A stretch of 64,000 nucleotides of DNA from contig JAAYDO010000177.1 in NCBI GenBank assembly GCA_012729225.1, forward strand, positions 32,535-96,534. The letters are read 5' to 3'. Of this stretch, positions 59,455 to 64,000 are shown piece by piece (the stretch's first letter is position 1; each line of letters opens with the position of its first letter). The position numbers were made by a program, and so were the translations under genes. Below the pieces are notes generated by a model. That model was not told the origin of the DNA. It made no database searches and saw only the letters and a program-made list of their open reading frames with translations. Source of the DNA: Bacteroidales bacterium (GTDB lineage: Bacteria > Bacteroidota > Bacteroidia > Bacteroidales > Bacteroidaceae).

Positions 59455-59724
59455 ATGGGAAAGGTCCTCACATCTATATTAAAGGGAATCCGCACTATAT
59501 TGGTATTCCTACTCACCCTTCCCGTCTTTTTCTACCAGAAAGCCATTTCTCCTCTCTTTCCTCCTTCTTGTCGCTACACCCCCACCTGCTCACACTACGC
59601 CATAGAGGCTATTCAGAAGCACGGTCCACTCAAAGGACTCTATCTTGCCATCAAACGCATCCTGAAATGCCACCCTTGGGGAGGACATGGATATGACCCA
59701 GTGCCAGAGAAATTTCATTTTTAA
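59455..59724 (+). CDS. yidD: Membrane protein insertion efficiency factor YidD
   Basis: [49 protein letters not shown]. Confidence 0.85.
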   Translation: MGKVLTSILKGIRTILVFLLTLPVFFYQKAISPLFPPSCRYTPTCSHYAIEAIQKHGPLKGLYLAIKRILKCHPWGGHGYDPVPEKFHF

Positions 59725-59840
59725 ATGAATGGAGAAAAATCCAAGTTTCCATTTGTCAAAGAATGAAATGCGATTGCTCTCTATGCTCTTATTGGTATCA
59801 TAGATTTTTCCACCTTTCACTTATCACTTATAAAGACAGT

Positions 59841-60497
59841 ATGTTTTTCAACTTCCACACACATCACATAGACCCCGAAGTTGCCTGCATGCTCAATGCC
59901 GACTTCCAGACCACGCTCCCCCACCACACTCCTCTCTCTGTAGGCATTCATCCGTGGAACGTGGATGATTCATGGGAGGAAAAGATGGCACAACTGCGCC
60001 CTGTAGCCTCCAACAGCCACGTGTGGGCCATTGGCGAATGCGGACTGGACAAAGTGCGTGGCAGGGCTCTTCCGTTGCAAATAGAGGCATTCAAGGCTCA
60101 AACAGTATTGGCAGAAGAACTTCAGAAGCCCGTAGTGATTCATTGTGTGAAAGCCTTTGACGTGCTCCTGAACTTAAGGAAAGAGCAAACAAAAAGGGCC
60201 GCCACCCAACCATGGGTCATACATGGCTTTCGTGGCAACCCTATCTTAGCCAAGCAACTGATCAGCGCAGGGATACTCTTGTCCCTAAGCCCTCAGTGCC
60301 CGATAGACACCTTAAGAGAGATTTTTAGTCTTCATTGTTCCTTCTTCCTCGAAACGGACGATCTCCCTTGCTCTGTCCGTCAAATTTACGAGCAGGTCTG
60401 TCACCATCTCGGCGTGGACGATAGTCATCTCTACGATCTCTGCGATCCCCTCCAAACGATCTTTCGCCATCACGCGAAGGACGGCGGTCTCCTCTGA
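59841..60497 (+). CDS. TatD family metal-dependent hydrolase
   Basis: MFFNFHTHH, VGIHPW, AIGECGLDK, KPVVIHCVKAFD, FFLETDD. The last 173 nt overlap the convergent methyltransferase gene. Confidence 0.75.
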   Translation: MFFNFHTHHIDPEVACMLNADFQTTLPHHTPLSVGIHPWNVDDSWEEKMAQLRPVASNSHVWAIGECGLDKVRGRALPLQIEAFKAQTVLAEELQKPVVIHCVKAFDVLLNLRKEQTKRAATQPWVIHGFRGNPILAKQLISAGILLSLSPQCPIDTLREIFSLHCSFFLETDDLPCSVRQIYEQVCHHLGVDDSHLYDLCDPLQTIFRHHAKDGGLL

Positions 60498-62208
60498 AGC
60501 CTTCACGACGATCACCTCGTCCTCCATCTCTTCTGTCTGACCTCTCCGAGCGGTCACCCTCTCTCTTTCCGCCAAAGAAGTTTTTTCTGGCATCCTGACG
60601 CTCCTCTCTTGAAGAGTCGTCTCTACGGTCGTCTCTTGAGAAACCACCCCTACGGTCGTCCGAACGTCGGTCACCTCTGTCACGGCCACCCCTGCCTTCA
60701 CTCCTGTCAAAGAATCCGCCCTTGCGGTCACCTCTGCCACCACGCGCATCTTCTCTTGGAGCAAACACACGTCGGTCGCCCCATCTACCCAAATGTCGAT
60801 TGATGATTTCAGCCTCTTCCTCGTCTTCTGCCTCCAACATCTTCCAGCGGCTGTCCTTACCCCATTCACGGTCTTTCTCTGCGCCATCCTCTTCCTCACC
60901 TCTGCCCCTGCGGTCTCTGTCCTTGAAAGGCTTAGACTTGAAATAGTGACTCTCATCCTCCGTGTGCTTGCTGTCACCCCATTCGCCATCCTCATTCTTC
61001 TTGTGAGGCTTGAACTTCAGGTTATGACGTCGGTCCTCCTCTGTCTTGATGTCAAGTCCCTCCTCACGGCGGTCTCTGAGTTTACCGTCAAAAATCTGAT
61101 AGTGACGGAACTCACACTCAAGCGACCCATTGAAGAGCGCATATTTAGTTGATGGACGGAAACCTATCTTGTCAAAAAGTTGCTCATGATGAGTGATAAT
61201 CCAAGCATCATTGCCCACGAATTTCTTCTTCAAGTTGCTGCCAATCGTCTCATAGAGGTCAAAAATATCATCCGTCGTAATACGATCTCCATAAGGAGGA
61301 TTCGTGATCATGATAGCCTTGTCGAGTGGTTGCTCAAACTCATAGAAGTCACGCTGCTCCACATTCACCACATCCTTCACACCTGCATGCTGCACATTTT
61401 CCGTCGCAATCTGCACCACCTGCCGGTTGATGTCATAGCCATAAATCTTGTGCTCAAACTCACGCTCCTGACTATCATCATTGTAGATACGGTCGAAGAG
61501 ATCTGCATCAAAGTCCTTCCACTTCTCAAACGCATATTCCTTGCGGAACACACCCGGATAGACATTTTGGGCAATCAAGGCAGCCTCGATAAGGATAGTG
61601 CCCGAACCACAGAAAGGATCAATCAGGTCGCATTCGCCATCCCAGCCCGTCAGGAGAATCAAGCCAGCCGCCAGCACCTCATTGATAGGAGCCGCCACAG
61701 TGGCAGTCTTGTAGCCGCGCTGGTGGAGGCTTTCGCCCGAAGAGTCGAGAGAAATCGTCACCACATCCTCTGCTATGTGCACATTGATGCGGAGGTCAGG
61801 GTTGCTGATACCCACATTGGGGCGGTCACCCGTCTTTTCGCGCCAATAGTCCGCTATAGCGTCTTTCACACGGTATGCCACAAACTTAGAGTGGCGGAAG
61901 TTATCGCTGAAGATAACAGAGTCCACAAGAATCGTGTTCTTCACGTCCATATACTCCGACCAGTCTATCTGCTTCACTACCTCATACACCTCATCGGCAT
62001 CAGTTGCCTTAAACTCCTTGATGGGCTTGAGCACCTTGATGGCTGTGCGAGTGCAGAAGTTTGCCTTATAGAGCATCTCCTTGTCGCCAGTGAATGACAC
62101 CATACGACGGCCAATCTCCACGTTGTTAGCACCTAAGTTGATGAGTTCCTTTGCAAGGATCTCTTCCAGTCCCTGGAAGGTCTTTGCGATAATTCTGAAT
62201 TCAGTCAT
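60325..62208 (-). CDS. THUMP domain class I SAM-dependent RNA methyltransferase with a 250-aa Arg/Asp/Gly-rich C-terminal extension
   Basis: THUMP N-terminus. SAM-binding motif DPFCGSGTILIEAA and catalytic ITNPPYGDR. The core ends near HYQIFDGKL. The tail is rich in DRR/RGG/GDR repeats. Confidence 0.8.
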   Translation of the reverse strand: MTEFRIIAKTFQGLEEILAKELINLGANNVEIGRRMVSFTGDKEMLYKANFCTRTAIKVLKPIKEFKATDADEVYEVVKQIDWSEYMDVKNTILVDSVIFSDNFRHSKFVAYRVKDAIADYWREKTGDRPNVGISNPDLRINVHIAEDVVTISLDSSGESLHQRGYKTATVAAPINEVLAAGLILLTGWDGECDLIDPFCGSGTILIEAALIAQNVYPGVFRKEYAFEKWKDFDADLFDRIYNDDSQEREFEHKIYGYDINRQVVQIATENVQHAGVKDVVNVEQRDFYEFEQPLDKAIMITNPPYGDRITTDDIFDLYETIGSNLKKKFVGNDAWIITHHEQLFDKIGFRPSTKYALFNGSLECEFRHYQIFDGKLRDRREEGLDIKTEEDRRHNLKFKPHKKNEDGEWGDSKHTEDESHYFKSKPFKDRDRRGRGEEEDGAEKDREWGKDSRWKMLEAEDEEEAEIINRHLGRWGDRRVFAPREDARGGRGDRKGGFFDRSEGRGGRDRGDRRSDDRRGGFSRDDRRDDSSREERQDARKNFFGGKREGDRSERSDRRDGGRGDRREGFRGDRRPSRDGERSFGGDRRDRRDDYRPRRDGDRPARKFDGQSKGDRPFRGRRNNED

Positions 62209-62309
62209 ATTGAATGTTTGTCTTTTCTATAAAGAGTGTGGAGGAAAACGGTAATAGGCCTTTCCTTTCTTCTTCGTTTCTTTTTTATTGTTTTTTTAGT
62301 ACAGAAAAA

Positions 62310-63227
62310 TCATGCTTTCTGAGTGATGCTCTCACCAGCCGCCACATCGTGAGTCACCCAGATGTTGCCTCCAATCACAGCCCCCCTTCCTATGGTGATG
62401 CGGCCTAAGATAGAAGCATTAGAATACACAATCACATGATCCTCAAGGATAGGATGGCGGGCAATGCCCTTAATGGGGTTGCCCTCTTCGTCAAGCGGAA
62501 AACTCTTTGCGCCCAATGTCACACCCTGATAGAGCTTCACATTGTTGCCAATCACGCTTGTCTCGCCAATCACCACACCTGTGCCGTGGTCGATTGTGAA
62601 ATACTCGCCAATCGTGGCTCCAGGGTGAATGTCAATGCCCGTCTCCGAGTGACCCATCTCCGTGAGCATGCGAGGAATGAGAGGCACATCCAGCCCCCAC
62701 AAGATATGCGCCATGCGATAGATGGTCAGTTCCTTGATGACCGGATAGCAGCTGATGATCTCCGCATAGTTCTTGGCTGCGGGATCGCCATTGAAGGCAG
62801 CCACCACATCAGTGGCAAGCACTCGGCGCAGTTCGGGCAACTGAGCAATAAACCTCTCCGCACGCTCCTCAGCCATGCGGCGTATCTCCATGCACACCGT
62901 ACGCTTGCTATAGGCGGCAAACACAGCCATGTCCTCCTCAAAGTTGGAGAAAGACAAGCCTGCCTGGATTTGCCCCACCAGCAAATGATAAAGTTGATCG
63001 AGATCCACACCCAACTGATATTCCAGAGTGGTGGTGTTGATGCAAGAACGACCATAGTACCCAGGGAATATGATTCCCCTGGCAAGGTCTATAATCTTCT
63101 GGAGCACTTCGCCAGAAGGTAATGGCACACCATTGCTGTGCTCATGATAGAGATCTTTGTATGATTCAGGACGTGTCAGTTCGTCCACAACCTGTGTCAA
63201 TGTCTTGGCAAGAGTCCTTGCGTTCAT
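62310..63227 (-). CDS. cysE: Serine O-acetyltransferase (long form)
   Basis: Hexapeptide-repeat region GIDIHPGATIGEYFTIDHGTGVVIGETSVIGNNVKLYQGVTLG. A TACCTTTG -7 box at 63253-63260 lies 25 nt upstream. Confidence 0.85.
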   Translation of the reverse strand: MNARTLAKTLTQVVDELTRPESYKDLYHEHSNGVPLPSGEVLQKIIDLARGIIFPGYYGRSCINTTTLEYQLGVDLDQLYHLLVGQIQAGLSFSNFEEDMAVFAAYSKRTVCMEIRRMAEERAERFIAQLPELRRVLATDVVAAFNGDPAAKNYAEIISCYPVIKELTIYRMAHILWGLDVPLIPRMLTEMGHSETGIDIHPGATIGEYFTIDHGTGVVIGETSVIGNNVKLYQGVTLGAKSFPLDEEGNPIKGIARHPILEDHVIVYSNASILGRITIGRGAVIGGNIWVTHDVAAGESITQKA

Positions 63228-63346
63228 GTCGTTGTGATATAACTTTGGGCTACAAAGGTAGCAGAAAAAAACGAGTTATATAGAAAAAAACGAAATAAAT
63301 CCTCATTTATCCTCCATTTACCCCTCATTTATTCCCCATTATTGTG

Positions 63347-63354
63347 TAACTTTG
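63347..63354 (+). promoter_or_regulatory. Candidate -7 box (TAACTTTG) for purD
   Basis: TAnnTTTG match 31 nt upstream of the ATG at 63386. Confidence 0.45.
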
Positions 63355-63385
63355 CAACAAAATAAATAAAAAAACAAAAAACACA

Positions 63386-64000
63386 ATGAAATTACTCCTA
63401 CTTGGTAGTGGCGGTCGCGAACACGCCCTGGCTTGGAAAATAGCCCAAAGTCCTAAGATTGACAAACTCTACATCGCCCCAGGCAATGCAGGCACTGCCG
63501 ACGCTGGCGAGAACGTGCCTCTGAAGGCTGACGACTTCGAGGGCATCCGCACCTTTGTGCTCCAAAACGCCATCGACATGGTGGTGGTAGGCCCCGAAGA
63601 CCCACTCGTGAAAGGAGTGTATGATTTCTTCCAGCATGACGCACAGCTCAAACACATCCCCGTGATAGGCCCCAGCCAGCAGGGCGCAGTGCTTGAGGGC
63701 AGCAAGGATTTCGCCAAGAATTTCATGCAGCGCCACCACATCCCCACAGCAGCCTACCGTTCGTTCAATGGCACCAACATCGAGGAAGGCATCGCTTTTC
63801 TGGAGACACTCCAGGCCCCTTACGTGCTCAAGGCCGACGGTCTCTGTGCCGGCAAGGGTGTGCTCATCCTGCCCACCCTTGAAGAGGCAAAGAAAGAGTT
63901 CCGTGGCATGCTCGACGGCATGTTCGGCGAGGCAAGCGCCACTGTGGTGATAGAGGAGTTCCTCTCAGGCATAGAGTGCTCAGTATTCGTCCTGACCGAC
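63386..64000 (+). CDS. purD: Phosphoribosylamine-glycine ligase; 3' end runs off the window
   Basis: Own translation: MKLLLLGSGGREHALAWKIAQSPKIDKLYIAPGNAGT ... YVLKADGLCAGKGVLI. Not in the ORF track because no stop lies in the window. Confidence 0.9.
   Translation, partial: MKLLLLGSGGREHALAWKIAQSPKIDKLYIAPGNAGTADAGENVPLKADDFEGIRTFVLQNAIDMVVVGPEDPLVKGVYDFFQHDAQLKHIPVIGPSQQGAVLEGSKDFAKNFMQRHHIPTAAYRSFNGTNIEEGIAFLETLQAPYVLKADGLCAGKGVLILPTLEEAKKEFRGMLDGMFGEASATVVIEEFLSGIECSVFVLTD

Noticed and set aside
60312-60995. Alternative-frame ORFs over the Arg/Asp-rich region (60312-60995 minus; 60609-61152 plus)
   Set aside because: Low-complexity GA/CT-rich DNA keeps several frames open. Only the frame continuous with the THUMP methyltransferase core has an upstream functional domain and start.

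Overview
The window reads as a chromosomal segment of a Bacteroidota genome, probably Prevotella/Segatella-like. That assignment is an inference from three things: TAnnTTTG -7 promoter boxes before most genes, T9SS C-terminal sorting domains, and the gldH/PSP1/holB synteny. About 48 protein-coding genes are supported.

Two themes dominate.
1. Scattered glucuronoxylan/glycan utilisation genes: GH67 and GH115 alpha-glucuronidases; a symporter-GH10-GH43-xylB operon; two GH2 beta-galactosidases, one of them a 1331-aa T9SS cargo; a GH5 T9SS cargo; DUF4861; and a NUDIX/NrtR-like regulator. No SusC/SusD pair and no xylA are in the window.
2. Housekeeping genes: trmH-like, ugd, metF, holB, PSP1/ricT, gldH, CDF transporter, topA, aroK, speA, S46 dipeptidyl-peptidase, metK, hemD-like, rnpA, yidD, tatD, THUMP RNA methyltransferase, cysE and purD.

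I recognised no rRNA, tRNA, CRISPR array, transposase or integrase.

The most unusual observations are:
- An HTCS-type periplasmic sensor with no cytoplasmic output, translationally coupled to a secreted M6 metalloprotease. About 5 kb away on the other strand lies a kinase-less TM-HisKA(His->Gln)-REC-AraC remnant, ATGA-coupled to ugd.
- Several families of short dispersed intergenic repeats: a ~190-bp element built on 22-nt tandem units, and a ~65-120-bp element built on 3 x 11-nt GCCTTCGAGAT units present four times.
- A 1.07-kb ORF-free region carrying nested CTTCGTCACC inverted repeats.
- A 173-nt convergent coding overlap, created by a 250-aa Arg/Asp/Gly-rich tail on a THUMP methyltransferase.

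All domain calls come from reading the translations by eye. No database search was run.
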